The notes under the pieces were generated by a model that saw only the letters and a program-made list of their open reading frames with translations, searched no databases and was not told the origin of the DNA. A stretch of DNA of 64,000 bases from Porphyridium purpureum (Eukaryota), in assembly GCA_008690995.1 (NCBI GenBank), contig VRMN01000001.1:1984001-2048000 (forward strand), in the 5' to 3' direction. Shown here piece by piece: positions 43,762 through 54,984 of the stretch (positions are counted from its first letter, which is position 1; every line of letters begins with the position of its first letter). Made by a program: the position numbers and the translations under genes.

Positions 43762-45443
43762 CTCTCCAGCACTGCCTCCTTTCCTCGCGCCTCTCAGCCA
43801 CCCACTCCGAACGTCAGGCGCGGCTGCTCAGGCACCTTTATACACCTACCTGACGCACAGCCTTTGCCGCACCACTAGCCCTTCGGCTCACTCACTCCCA
43901 CATCGCTCGCCGCCCAGGACGTGCGCGCATGTTTCTACTAGAACAGCCCCATTCTTCTAATACCTTGCGCTCCACGCGTGTGCCGTTTTGGCAGCCGTGG
44001 TCGTTCTCCCATTCCTCCACATTCCACATCTGCGCCTGCCGTTTTCATTTTCTTCCGTGGTTGCAAAGCAGCCACGCATCGGCGTGCTCGGTTTGCGCGT
44101 TGGGTTTCGATGAGCCGGAGGGGCGAATGTCGCGCCGAGATGCTAGTTGCGCAGCACTGCGCACGCACTGATCTGGCGCAACGTCCTGACGCCATCAGCG
44201 ATATGCAGTCTCGCCAGCAAGGCGATGGCTGTGACGGACGGAATGGTGGGATGCGTGAATGGCTGGTTTGGCGCAGAAGCGATGAGCTAGAGCCGGGTAT
44301 GAATCACGGAAGGAGTTTCTCTGCGCGAGGAATGGCTGGTTTAAAAGCGCAGAAGCGTAGCGGCGGGATGCTCGGCTCCTGTTCGTTCGCAGGGGAAGAA
44401 AACACGTTCGTGGTCGTGGAATCGTTCAATGGCGAAGAACGTCTCGCGCTGGTCCTCACGCAACGGCAAACTTTTCCGAGGCCCCCGCCGCGCGGAAAAT
44501 TGTTTCGGTACCTTCGGCTGCGACGCCGACCTATGGAGCGCGCCGTCTTGACAGCTGGCCATAGACGACATCAGCTGCGGCGCATCTTGGTGTCACGTGG
44601 ATGTGTGCTGATTTTACGATGACTGGGTACATGCGCATCATTCGGCTCGTCACTCACCGCTTGGCTATGGCTATACTTCAGGTGATCCAAGAAAGCGAAC
44701 ATGCTCGTCGCTCGTGCTCTTGTGCCCATGAGCCAAGGCAACGAATTTTCACTCAATGGCAAATGTGGAGTGCGTATGTAATTGCATCGAGCCTTTCGCT
44801 CCCTCGTGGGGTCATCTTGGCACCCTGCTCCTAGAATCACTGCACCTCGTGCACCTTTCTTTTACCCTCAACTGTCTTTAATATGAACGCATGCGTCCCG
44901 TCGACAGAGACTGGATTGTTCCGGCTATCAAAGCCAGCCATGTGCACTGAAACACGTGCAACTCTTGGTCCTGTCTTTTTCACCCATCCTCACGCGGCTT
45001 GCGCGTCACATACCGAGGTGTCTACGCCGCCGTCTATCGAGGGTTGATCTGAGACGCGATTTCAACAAAGGCTGCCGGCGCTCTGAGACGGTGCAGCGTT
45101 TCTTCACGTCAAACGCCTTGCCTCGGCAGCAGGCAGCGAGCAGCCAGGCCATCGCGAGACGCGTTTTCAGATAATGGTTATTTTAACACTTTAATTAACA
45201 ATAAATTAATTATACTTGTAGAGTGTCACTGTACACAAAAAACACGATCGTGACGTTTTTAAATGTTTGAAAAATGAGGACGAGTCGGGGAAGGGTCGAG
45301 GATGGGCACGTGCAGAGCCGAGAGCGCAAGGGTGGATTGACACAGGAAGGCCTCGTCTGTCTTGGCAAGTAGCACACACAGGACGCACGCAAAAGAACAG
45401 CGGAAGGAGACAAGCCGCAAGGTAGGTGGCTTAATTCTGGAAT

Positions 45444-46043
45444 ATGCCCGACGCGCGTCTGGACGCGGCGCGGATTGCGTTCCATGCGGCCGTGGAGGAT
45501 GCACTGAGAAACGGTCTAGCAGACCATGGGGCGTTCTTTCACGCAGTGTGGAAGTCGCCACAGGAACAGCTCTCGAGCGATGCGGACATGAGGTCGGACA
45601 AGGCGCAGGAATCACGGCTCCGCCCTGATGTCCTGCAGCGGGAAAGAACGCGTATGTTGAGAATCCAGTTCGAGCAGCTACTTCGCAGAAATGTGCTCGC
45701 ACAGTTTGAACGCGTGAGCTCAGAATTTGACTGTGAGCAGACAATAAGCGCCAATGAAAGTGCTCGCGCGCACGCGGCCACCATGGACGTCCTAGGCGGC
45801 GCAAGAGTGGGAATTGATGACGAATCCTCACATGCGCTTCGTTCAGAGCTAGACACAGCTACCGCAAACGCGCCCGTGGAAGCCCTTCGCGCCGCACTTG
45901 AGAAAGAAAGGCAACTTCTCGACGAGGAGCGGGAGCGCGCTTCGCAGGCCCGCGAGCAACTCGACACGTACCGCGCCGCACTGGAGCAGACCGTCAGGGC
46001 CGCAGTCAGTGCTGTGAACGATTCAGCCGCATCTCGAGTTTGA
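45444..46043 (+). CDS. Coiled-coil protein, possibly Nnf1/PMF1 (MIS12 complex)-like
   Basis: 199-aa helical ORF. RL..F..AVEDAL, QFEQLLRRNVLAQFE.V..E and a C-terminal coiled coil resemble the Nnf1 layout. Family call is weak. Confidence 0.5.
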   Translation: MPDARLDAARIAFHAAVEDALRNGLADHGAFFHAVWKSPQEQLSSDADMRSDKAQESRLRPDVLQRERTRMLRIQFEQLLRRNVLAQFERVSSEFDCEQTISANESARAHAATMDVLGGARVGIDDESSHALRSELDTATANAPVEALRAALEKERQLLDEERERASQAREQLDTYRAALEQTVRAAVSAVNDSAASRV

Positions 46044-46352
46044 CACAGAAAAAGACCATTGGGCCAAACACGGTTCTCCGATGTTGTGAAAGGAGCCCGT
46101 ACGACGGATCGAATCAATCCACGGTACTCCTGGAGTGCGCTGTCTTAAGGAAAACGCCTGCCCGGGAAACTCTCTGCGCTGACATATTAAAATGGCCAGC
46201 ACGTGCAAGTCTTCCATAGATCCGCATTCTTCGCGGCCCCGGCTCCGCGTCTTCTACCCCGTCGACGGCCCATTACCTAACGACGTACGCCGGACGACGA
46301 GAGAGGAGTAGAGAAGAGATTGGGGCGACGTGTGCGTACGCAGCGCCGGAGT

Positions 46353-47597
46353 ATGTCTGATGGCACTGACGCGCACAGCGCGCCTCGTAATGAGGATGAC
46401 ACCAGCACAAAAAATGCAGTGAGTGTGATTGTGGGGACGTACGGCGCCGAGCTTGCAGGAGCGCGGCTCGATCTATCGAACACGCGGTTGGTTCCGACGT
46501 TTGGCTATGCGGCGCATCGCGCCGCGGTGCGCGCGTTAGACTCGCACGGTCATCTGCTTGCGTCCGGGAGTAATGACGAGTCGATCAAGGTATATGATTT
46601 GCGCGTGTGGCGCGAGATAGCAGAGGTCAGCACCGAGGGTGCGACGGTGAACGCGCTGTCTTTCTCCGCAGCCGAAGAGTGTCTGCTGAGCGGCGGCTCG
46701 GATGGCATCGTGTCTCTATGGAATAGTGGTGGGGAAGAAGATTTTGCCTTACTACGCACACGCAAAGCCACAACAGCGCCGATTTTGGAGCTCGCCGCAC
46801 ACCCTTTCTTGCCGGCTTATGCCGCTCTGTCCAGCTCGGATGAGCTCGTTCTTTCATCGCTTGCATTCCGCAAGGTCGCGCGCGTGCGTTTGCAGGCGGC
46901 GCGCGGGCTGGCGCTTGCCTGGCAGCCGTCTGGAGAAGCTGTTGCGTTCTCTGCGTCAAAAAGCATAGCCGGTGCAAACGTGCGAAGTGCAAGTGGTAGT
47001 GGAAGTGCTCGCATTGATGCCCTGCATCAGGTGCGACTAGTGTCCGCCCAGGCGGCCTCCGAGGATGCTCATGCATCGGCCGTTCTACCGCATGAAAGCC
47101 GTGTGACCACGCTGTGCTTTGTAGACAATCAAACTCTCCTGACTGGTTCGGATGCGGCAGAAGTGCTACTTTGGGACTTGCGGACGAGCTCAAAGCAGGC
47201 GGGTGCCATCGCAAATCATGCCTCTCGCGTACGTGGGCTCGCTGTTCTCCCGTCCGGTGCTGCCATCGGCTCGGAAGCAGGCGCCTCGCACCTTGTGGTA
47301 AGCGTGGACTCCGCAGCCGAACTGTATATTACGGATTTGAGATCGCCTGGCGAGCCGATGGTCAAGTTCTCGTTCGGACAAGGTCTACGTGCCACCTGCA
47401 TGCAGATAGCGTGCGTTGGTTCACCGCCCGTGCGGCCAGGATCCAGATCTAAACGCGGCGGTATCCCGTCTCGCGCGGCGCGGCAAACCGGAAACAAGCC
47501 GCAAAATTTAGAGCATGAACATCGCAGCGGTGACATCTCAACGCAGGCCAAGAAACGAAAAAGTCACAGGTCCGCAACCAAAGAATCGAAGCCGTGA
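46353..47597 (+). CDS. WD40 protein, Mak11/PAK1IP1-like (60S biogenesis)
   Basis: VIVGTY..L.G, F..AAH..AVRAL, LASGSNDESIKVYDL, LLSGGSDG and a basic C-tail. Confidence 0.8.
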   Translation: MSDGTDAHSAPRNEDDTSTKNAVSVIVGTYGAELAGARLDLSNTRLVPTFGYAAHRAAVRALDSHGHLLASGSNDESIKVYDLRVWREIAEVSTEGATVNALSFSAAEECLLSGGSDGIVSLWNSGGEEDFALLRTRKATTAPILELAAHPFLPAYAALSSSDELVLSSLAFRKVARVRLQAARGLALAWQPSGEAVAFSASKSIAGANVRSASGSGSARIDALHQVRLVSAQAASEDAHASAVLPHESRVTTLCFVDNQTLLTGSDAAEVLLWDLRTSSKQAGAIANHASRVRGLAVLPSGAAIGSEAGASHLVVSVDSAAELYITDLRSPGEPMVKFSFGQGLRATCMQIACVGSPPVRPGSRSKRGGIPSRAARQTGNKPQNLEHEHRSGDISTQAKKRKSHRSATKESKP

Positions 47598-47780
47598 ACC
47601 AGACACACGGTTCATGGGCATCAAGTAAGTTCAGATAGTCGCGTAAACGCGGGAGACTTGGAATCAGGCGAGATTTTCATCTCAAATATGTCCGCACAAA
47701 TATTGACAGACCCGACGTCGGGCATGTCACTGGTCTTTATACAGTCATGTTCAAGCAGAGCAAGACTCAAAACTCTTATC

Positions 47781-48392
47781 CTAGTGGGGAGTCACTTTCT
47801 TGCCGCGGGAAAGGATGCGTGAGAACATAAACTTATTGGACTGGTCGCGCTCCTTCAAGGACTTGCCCGGAATAAACTCGACGTGCGTAACTTCAAAGTC
47901 ACCTATGCTGTTGACATCGACAAAATCCGCCGTCGCTGCTGAAGGCGGAGAAACAGATCCCGTGAGCCGTTTTAGAGACATCACGGGAGATATTATTGTG
48001 CTTGTTGTGATATCCTCCACGTCATCTGCACTTATCGAGCTCTGGCTCTTCCGCCCAGAATGCCGAAGATACACAGACAGATCGTTTTTGCTTGACGTCG
48101 TTGTGCCTGTCTCAGATATGAACCTATTTGTGCGCGTGCGCTTGATTTCTTCTTTGCGCACTCCCGCGGGTGAACTCGTGCTCTTCTCCGAGGTCGCTCG
48201 GGGTAAATGAAATTTAAACGTGCCACTATCACGTGTGGCCGTGTGAGACGACCTCTCAGGTTCCATGGACGCCGGACTCACGAAATCTGCGTAAAATTTG
48301 ACGGCGTGCATGTCTGACCGAGGACGATCCTCACGGTTCCCTGTCAGATTTGTCACCCCTGACAGCGAGTGCTCGTGACGCAATGTATCCAT
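47781..48392 (-). CDS. Hypothetical Ser/Thr-rich protein
   Basis: About 200-aa ORF filling the gap convergent with the WD40 gene; no motif recognised. Confidence 0.5.
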   Translation of the reverse strand: MDTLRHEHSLSGVTNLTGNREDRPRSDMHAVKFYADFVSPASMEPERSSHTATRDSGTFKFHLPRATSEKSTSSPAGVRKEEIKRTRTNRFISETGTTTSSKNDLSVYLRHSGRKSQSSISADDVEDITTSTIISPVMSLKRLTGSVSPPSAATADFVDVNSIGDFEVTHVEFIPGKSLKERDQSNKFMFSRILSRGKKVTPH

Positions 48393-48627
48393 CGCTGCTC
48401 GGTGCCGGGTGGGCTTCAACTGCGCCGTCACTTTCCGGTCGTTTTACTTCCCAAAACTTGCGCCGCTCCCGCGAGTCCCGGGGTAGCAAATATGTCAACG
48501 CAACCAGCGAATGATGGAAGACCCGCTCGCGCCTTCCAAGCTGCACTCCCCTGCAGCGTTCCACAACTGGAGTTCCGAGACCCGCTCGGCTCCCACGTTC
48601 GTCTCAGTAGGTCCGACCAAACCCAAA

Positions 48628-48656
48628 GCGCTCGCCGCGCTCGCCGCGCTCGCTGC
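48628..48656. repeat. 9-bp tandem repeat (GCGCTCGCC)x~3
   Basis: gcgctcgccgcgctcgccgcgctcgctgc. Confidence 0.75.
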
Positions 48657-50107
48657 TTCTACCGCCTTCCTGCCCTTATCCTCGCTACGCCCCAACCCGG
48701 GAGCCTGGACGATATGCCGATCCGCACGCCAAATTGCCGCCGCGCGGGAAATGCAATGAAAGGACCCACGCACGCACTGCCGCGACCCCACACCAACGTT
48801 TTTGCACACGCAAATCCGAGCCACGCAATGCGGTTCTTCTTCTCCTTCTGGTTCCGACTTGCGTTTCAAACGCACCGCGGAAACTCCCTACCGCGCCCGA
48901 GCAGCGCGCCTGGCACCCACGCGCACGTCCCAGTCCCCAACGCACACCGCGCACCGTCACGCGCCCCACCTGTGAGTCCGTCTCCGAATTCAGCGCCCTC
49001 TACCCACGCCTCTCGTTCCAACGCGTGTCCCCGCCGCGCTTGAAATCCTCACTTTTCGTCGCGGCCCCCTTCGCAGTTCCCAACACTCTCACCAACCGCA
49101 AGAACCGCAAACACTCCAAACGCCTTCGCTCTTCCAACGTCATACACCCCCCTAATTTTCACCCACGCCCTCATACAAATTCGCGGCTGGTTTAGTAGTC
49201 ATCCCGCCCTATCCCACATTTGAATCTGGCTCGGTCATCCCTGCTTTCTGCTTCTTTCTTATTTTCCGCACTCGGCTATTTTTATCAATTGTGGTGCGCC
49301 CGTGTGCCAAAATTCCGAGAATCGCTTGAAACAGCATGTTTTTATTTCTGCCGTGTTTCAACAACACAGTCATCAGCATCTCAAACAGCTTTGGGAACGA
49401 ATTTTATTCGAAGAAGAAGAAGTGCGGCAGAGGGAATGGGAGGGGAGGAATCGGAAAGGGAGGGTGGTGGCCCTGAGCGCTCTAAATCTGGACCGGGTGA
49501 CCGACAGACACTCACAGCAAGAGAAAAGGAATAGGAGTAACAGTCGGAGTACTGAGGACCCAATATGAGTTGATGTGAGCGTCATGGGCGCCGGTCGGGA
49601 AAGCGATATGCTTTGAACACCAGCGAAGGAGCCGGAGAGAGAGAGGGAGGAGGGCCGCAACAGATTGGTGCTGCTGAGGTGGAATGCTGCGGTGTGCGTG
49701 TGTGCGAGCCGTGCTGCTGCTGCGGCTGCGGTGCACGTGGCGAATTCGCGCGTGAGTGCGCGATGCAGCGGCAGACAGGGCGGTGGGGAGACACGCTGGA
49801 CTTACACTGATCCCGAAGTAAACCCTGGAACTCACCGCGGCAAAGAGTGGCTTCGGTGCCAGTCACGGTTAGAATGAGGGTTTGGGTGTTGAGTGCGCGG
49901 AGTACAGTTGGAGCGGTCAGTTGGTGTTGGGTTCAGGCGCAGACATAAACTGCAACACGCGGAGCAGGTGAGAAAAGACGGTCTGGGACTGTGTGGCTTA
50001 GTGAGAGAGTGGTCGCGAGGGGGAAAAGGTGTGAGGGGAGTAGTCTTGGGAAGAAAGGAGGAGCGCACGGGTAGGAGAGTCCGCGGCTTGCATTCTGAAC
50101 TCGCGCC

Positions 50108-51313
50108 ATGTCGACCGCGGCGCCCGGGAATCTGGACGGCGACCTGTCTGCGTCGCTGCAGGGCATGAAGGTCGAGGAGGTGGGCGATCATCACAAGTAC
50201 ACCGACGAGCGCGAAATCGACTACGGGGAGCACGCGCCGGACAGCGGCGTGTCCGTGATTAAGGTGGCAAAGGAGCTGCTCGGGAGCGTCAAGAAGGGCT
50301 CGGATGTCACGGGCGTGAACCTCCCGGCTTCGGTGCTGGACCCCATGAGCTCGCTGGAGAAGGGCGCAAAGTCGCTCCAGCGCGGCGAGCTCATTCCGGT
50401 GATCTGCAGCATGAAGACGCCCGAGGAGCGCTTCCTCGGTATCGTCAAGTTTCAGCTAGCCGGACTGCCAAAGGAGCGGTTTGGCAAGAAGCCGTACAAC
50501 CCGGTTTTGGGAGAAGTCTTCCGCTGCTGCTTCAAACACAAGGACAGTTCGGTCACAATGCTGTACGCAGAGCAGGTCTCGCACCATCCGCCGATCACGG
50601 CGCTCCATCTGCACAATCCGACGCACGGCTTCACCATGAACTCGTTCATGCGGCCTGAACCAAAATACTGGGGAAACTCGGTCGAGGTGCGGCTGTCTGG
50701 TCTGATCCGGATCTCATTGGACAAGTACAATGAGACATACGAGCTCGTGCGCCCGCAAATCTGGACCAGCGGCCTCCTCGGCATCGGCAAGCAGCGCGTT
50801 GAGTTTTTGGGTGAAACAACGATCCGATGTGAGGCGAGCGGGCTCGAAGCCTCTTTTGAGTACAAGGGGAAGGGCATGATGGGCATGCGCGGAGACGCCA
50901 ACGTAGTAACGGGCACGGTGAAGGAAATCGCGTCAGGCAAGACTTTGTATGAGATCAACGGGATCTGGGACCAGCAAGTCAAGGTCAAGGACGTGCGAAC
51001 AAAGCAAGAGTCGGTGCTGTTTGATTATGAACAGGTGAAGAAGGACTATTCGATGAAAATGTGGGTGCCACCCAAGGAAGACCTGGAGCCAAACAACTCG
51101 CTCGTCTTGTGGGCCAAGTGCTCCGAAGCGATCTGGGCTGCAGACACACCTGGGGCAAACGAGGAGAAGAAGCTGGTGGAGGACTACCAGCGCTCTCTTC
51201 GAAAGAAACGTGAGGAAATGAACATTGTTTGGGAAAGCGCGTACTTTGATGTAGATGGCGATGGGTACAAGTTCAAGTCTCACCTGGAGGACCGCCTCAA
51301 GGCGGCAAATTAA
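50108..51313 (+). CDS. Oxysterol-binding protein-related protein (short ORP)
   Basis: KKPYNPVLGEVF and the signature EQVSHHPP; EKKLVEDYQR. Confidence 0.96.
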   Translation: MSTAAPGNLDGDLSASLQGMKVEEVGDHHKYTDEREIDYGEHAPDSGVSVIKVAKELLGSVKKGSDVTGVNLPASVLDPMSSLEKGAKSLQRGELIPVICSMKTPEERFLGIVKFQLAGLPKERFGKKPYNPVLGEVFRCCFKHKDSSVTMLYAEQVSHHPPITALHLHNPTHGFTMNSFMRPEPKYWGNSVEVRLSGLIRISLDKYNETYELVRPQIWTSGLLGIGKQRVEFLGETTIRCEASGLEASFEYKGKGMMGMRGDANVVTGTVKEIASGKTLYEINGIWDQQVKVKDVRTKQESVLFDYEQVKKDYSMKMWVPPKEDLEPNNSLVLWAKCSEAIWAADTPGANEEKKLVEDYQRSLRKKREEMNIVWESAYFDVDGDGYKFKSHLEDRLKAAN

Positions 51314-51504
51314 GATCCCAGTAAATACTTAAATATTCGCATTGAGATGGAGCCACGTGCGGCTTGCCTTTATATCTTTATAGAAAACGGGCACCATAAA
51401 CCAGCGCTACGCCGGCGCTCGAAGTTGCAAAGGGAAGGGGTTCGTGCTGCCAGGCTATTGTTCATCTCTTGACAGGACGGCACCTTGAACGAATTCGTTT
51501 GACG

Positions 51505-52830
51505 ATGCCCAGGCGCTCATCGATGAGGCGGAAGGGCCGCGACGAGCTTGAGGATTCTGCGTCGCCGACAAAACACCACCCACGTTCTTCGGCAAATGGC
51601 CTTAATCTGGAAAGAGGACGTGGTCGCAGTCGTGGACGCGGCACGTCTCCTGCGCCGCGCGTGGAAGAACCTGACGTTTATAAATCGCACGAAAGAAATG
51701 GAGCGCTTCAGCATGACATCGAGAATGATGCGATCCGAAATGAGAAGGCAGGGCACGTGGAGCTCGACCACGACTGTGCGCCGCATGTACCTAGAACATT
51801 CAACTATTTCCAGGCCGCAGAAAAGAGCCGGAAAGGAGGCGCGGCCGCCAGCAAGAGGCATGCGCAAGTATCCTGGCCCAGCGCCACGGAGATCCAGGCA
51901 TCCTTGCTCCGTCAATATGAGCGTGGTATCTCGCTGGATCAAGTACCGGGCTTCAAGGAGCTTGAAGCGCTCGAGTTTGAGCGCTGGGCGCGTCTCCTTA
52001 GCCATGGCGCCAACTTGCTAGTATACGGCGTAGGTTCAAAGCAGGCGCTGCTGCAACATTTTGCCGAGCGGTATAGCGCTGAGGCTGGCGTATCTGTGAT
52101 ATTCGGATACCATCCTCGCGCAAGCGTTTCGGATCTTTTGGTCAACATCCAAAAAGCGATTGAGCCGTCGCTTCATGTTGACGAGAGCGCTGCGCGTGTC
52201 GAAGCTGCGAATGATATGCTCGACTGGATTGCTGGCCATCCACAAGCGCACGTATGGGTGGTCGTACATAATATAGATGGTGCTAATTTGCGCTCGCAGG
52301 AGGATCAGGAGGTATTGTGCCGTCTTTCCGTACTTGAAAACATTCACATGATTGCTTCAATTGATCACATACATGCAGAGATGATGGGGAGCAGCGTGAT
52401 TCACGCAAAGTTTGCATGGATCAAGATATGCGTCGACACTTGTATGTACTATGCGAATGAAAGCTCATTACTTCCAAACTCGTTTGGTAGCTTTGATGAA
52501 AAGCCCGAACTGCAGCTAGAAGGTGCCATCATCACTTTGCAGAGTCTGACGGTGAATGCGCGCAAGGCATTCGCACTGCTGGCGGCGGCGCAGGCAAAGA
52601 GTGCCGAGGGCGGCACTGCAGCTGTAGGCTCCGCCGTGGGCTTTCATGAGCTGCTCGATAATTGCCGCATGGAGTGGATTCTGGCCACTCCGGCTGATCT
52701 GAAGCTTGTATTAAACGAGCTTCGAGATCATGGGCTCATTCAAATCGACCGTACAGGCGAGCAAGGCGATCGAATAAGCATCCCGCTTGCGCAAGAGATG
52801 CTCGACAGTATTCTTCAGACTATTGCATAG
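51505..52830 (+). CDS. ORC2: Origin recognition complex subunit 2
   Basis: GANLLVYGVGSK, VVVHNIDG..LR, HMIASIDH, LQSLTVNAR and L.ELRDHGLI. Confidence 0.93.
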   Translation: MPRRSSMRRKGRDELEDSASPTKHHPRSSANGLNLERGRGRSRGRGTSPAPRVEEPDVYKSHERNGALQHDIENDAIRNEKAGHVELDHDCAPHVPRTFNYFQAAEKSRKGGAAASKRHAQVSWPSATEIQASLLRQYERGISLDQVPGFKELEALEFERWARLLSHGANLLVYGVGSKQALLQHFAERYSAEAGVSVIFGYHPRASVSDLLVNIQKAIEPSLHVDESAARVEAANDMLDWIAGHPQAHVWVVVHNIDGANLRSQEDQEVLCRLSVLENIHMIASIDHIHAEMMGSSVIHAKFAWIKICVDTCMYYANESSLLPNSFGSFDEKPELQLEGAIITLQSLTVNARKAFALLAAAQAKSAEGGTAAVGSAVGFHELLDNCRMEWILATPADLKLVLNELRDHGLIQIDRTGEQGDRISIPLAQEMLDSILQTIA

Positions 52831-52893
52831 ACTGATGGAAAAAATTTTCCCCAAGTGTGACGTAGGGCACCAGCTTTTGTGTGACAAAGATCG

Positions 52894-54984
52894 CTAAAGC
52901 TTAGGGTCCTCGTAAAGGACAATGTTCACCAATCGACTAAGCAGGTACATGAGGACCGCAGAAAACGCAGAATACGCCTCCACATCATTTTGAGCGGGTT
53001 TCAGAAGTCCAATACTCGTCCCGGGGGGGATATCTAAAGTAGACGCAAGGTCAACCTTGTTGCGAAGCATTTCAGACATCATCGCCAGTTCAGTACCTTG
53101 AAATATTTCAGATGTGCCGGAGCCCGCTGAGACCTCGCTCAAGCGAATACGTGCTAGGGGCGTTCGTCCATTCACAATTTCTGTGATCTGAGCCTCCGCT
53201 GCGCGCGCAGGTGGGAACTCGCGCCAGTCTATCACGATGATGTTTGCAGCAGGCGATGCAAGATTCTCAATCACGCTCTCTACGTGGCCCCGGTGTAGCG
53301 CCTCGAGATACCACAGCTCGACAGCAGATTCCGAGTCGTCCCCGCGGAGACGCATGCGATCGTAACAGGTGGCAGGGTCCGCATGAAGGTACAGAATCCA
53401 GTCAGGCGCATGCGTCTCGCGCTCGGCAAGGGAGCAGTATACACTGTACTCGTCGGGCGAAATGCGCCCCAGCATGCGATTGGTGTTCGCAAAGACTCGA
53501 TTTCCGAACAAAGACCGATCAATGATTGAGACGGCGGAAGCCGTACGCTTCGAGTTCTGTGATGTATCTCGGGCCTCGCGAAACGCGTCTGCACTCCTTG
53601 CAAGACAGTTTTGAAGCATGTATATTTGAAACGCAAAGCCATACCGCGACGCGTCCTTGTAGAATTGATCGAGAAACAACTTGTTTGGCCTCTCCTGATG
53701 TACAATGCATCGAACTTTGTTTGGCAGAAAAAAGTCATCGCGCAGGCTCTGAGCCCATGTTGATTTGCCAACGCCGATGTTGCCTTCAATTGCGAACACA
53801 GATCCCGTCCAACTCTGCCACGGACCTGGTGTTTCTACGTCGGGTTCCGCCGGCGCGATATCGAGGCGCCCTGACTCTGTAATCCTCGCTTTCTCATTTT
53901 CAGCCCCAGTCAAAGACGATGATGGCTTCTTTGGTGAGACCAGTAAGAAACCATCCGAGATGGGTGCAATTAGAGAATAAACACGCGGATCGGTTGCCGC
54001 AACCTCGTTTGTCTCCCGGATGCCAACAGTCTCCGGGTCTCGTACCGACGCATCCGCAACACGGCCAGACCAGAGCGCGTCGTCAAATACGATAACCCCG
54101 TGAGGAGCTACTAGCTTCAAGCACAGCTCGTAGTAAGTCGGATAAGCTTCCTTGTTCGCATCGATAAAGATCAAGTCAAAACGCTGATTCTCACTGTTCT
54201 CCTCCACAAGTTGCCCCAGAACGGCTACGCCATCACCGCACCGCAAAGTAATCTTTGCGCTCAAGCCAGGATCTTCCCGCACTGCAGCCTGCGCGAAAGA
54301 CAACGCACGAGCATCGCAGTCGATGCTCAGCAGTGAGCCGTCGCTAGGCAATGCCGATGCCATGCTGATGGTGCTGTAGCCTGTGAAACATCCTACTTCG
54401 AGGCATCGCGCTGCTTTCGATGTTCTCACGAGCATGGCAAGGAATTGTCCTTGTTCGGGAGACACCATCATCATGCTCTGGTCGCTCGGGAAATTGAGTA
54501 CGGTAGTCGCCCGAATTCTACGAAGTACATCAGACTCTGCTTGCTTGCAGCGTTCTTTCAGATATCGCGCAAGTTCGGTGCTCTTGCTAACCGAGGATTC
54601 GAACCCCTCTCCGCCGTACAACCCTGCTAGATCCTGGCCCAGGGAGCTCTGCGTATCTCCGCTGATCACCGAATGCAGGTCGGCAAAATCCGACGGCAGC
54701 AAGCCACCGAACACCGTGCCCGGATCCGTGCTCAGAATGGGAACATCAGAAGCTGGACGCACGCTTCCGTTCTCCCGAATGCTTTCTTCGTCGCGCGCTT
54801 CACCGTCTGCATTGGACGCGCACGGCGCTGGCGTGCTCCAACGCCATTGTTTCACCGTTCGATAACTGCTGGCGGCTGGCTTGGTCGAGCGCCCGGTGCT
54901 GCATCTCTGTCGTGCCGCGCCATGTGGACCAGTGCGGAGCTCTATCCCACCGTGCACTGCGACAAAGGCGGCTCCCTTCCCCAT
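52894..54984 (-). CDS. Fusion protein: transit peptide, class I O-methyltransferase (CCoAOMT/COMT family 3) and deoxynucleoside kinase
   Basis: OMT: MMVSPEQGQFL, LEVGCFTGYS, FDLIFIDANK, FDDALWSG, PISDG. dNK: AIEGNIGVGKST, FAFQIYML, IIDRS, YLHADP..CYDRM..RG..E. Single uninterrupted frame. Confidence 0.88.
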   Translation of the reverse strand: MGKGAAFVAVHGGIELRTGPHGAARQRCSTGRSTKPAASSYRTVKQWRWSTPAPCASNADGEARDEESIRENGSVRPASDVPILSTDPGTVFGGLLPSDFADLHSVISGDTQSSLGQDLAGLYGGEGFESSVSKSTELARYLKERCKQAESDVLRRIRATTVLNFPSDQSMMMVSPEQGQFLAMLVRTSKAARCLEVGCFTGYSTISMASALPSDGSLLSIDCDARALSFAQAAVREDPGLSAKITLRCGDGVAVLGQLVEENSENQRFDLIFIDANKEAYPTYYELCLKLVAPHGVIVFDDALWSGRVADASVRDPETVGIRETNEVAATDPRVYSLIAPISDGFLLVSPKKPSSSLTGAENEKARITESGRLDIAPAEPDVETPGPWQSWTGSVFAIEGNIGVGKSTWAQSLRDDFFLPNKVRCIVHQERPNKLFLDQFYKDASRYGFAFQIYMLQNCLARSADAFREARDTSQNSKRTASAVSIIDRSLFGNRVFANTNRMLGRISPDEYSVYCSLAERETHAPDWILYLHADPATCYDRMRLRGDDSESAVELWYLEALHRGHVESVIENLASPAANIIVIDWREFPPARAAEAQITEIVNGRTPLARIRLSEVSAGSGTSEIFQGTELAMMSEMLRNKVDLASTLDIPPGTSIGLLKPAQNDVEAYSAFSAVLMYLLSRLVNIVLYEDPKL

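Noticed and set aside
43978..44622. 214-aa ORF upstream of ABCG copy B
   Set aside because: GTG start, Arg-rich, no motif; probably intergenic.
829..54984. Nucleotide/NAD salvage theme (HAD nucleotidase, nicotinamidase, dNK fusion) as a metabolic cluster
   Set aside because: The genes are 12-40 kb apart with unrelated housekeeping genes between them.
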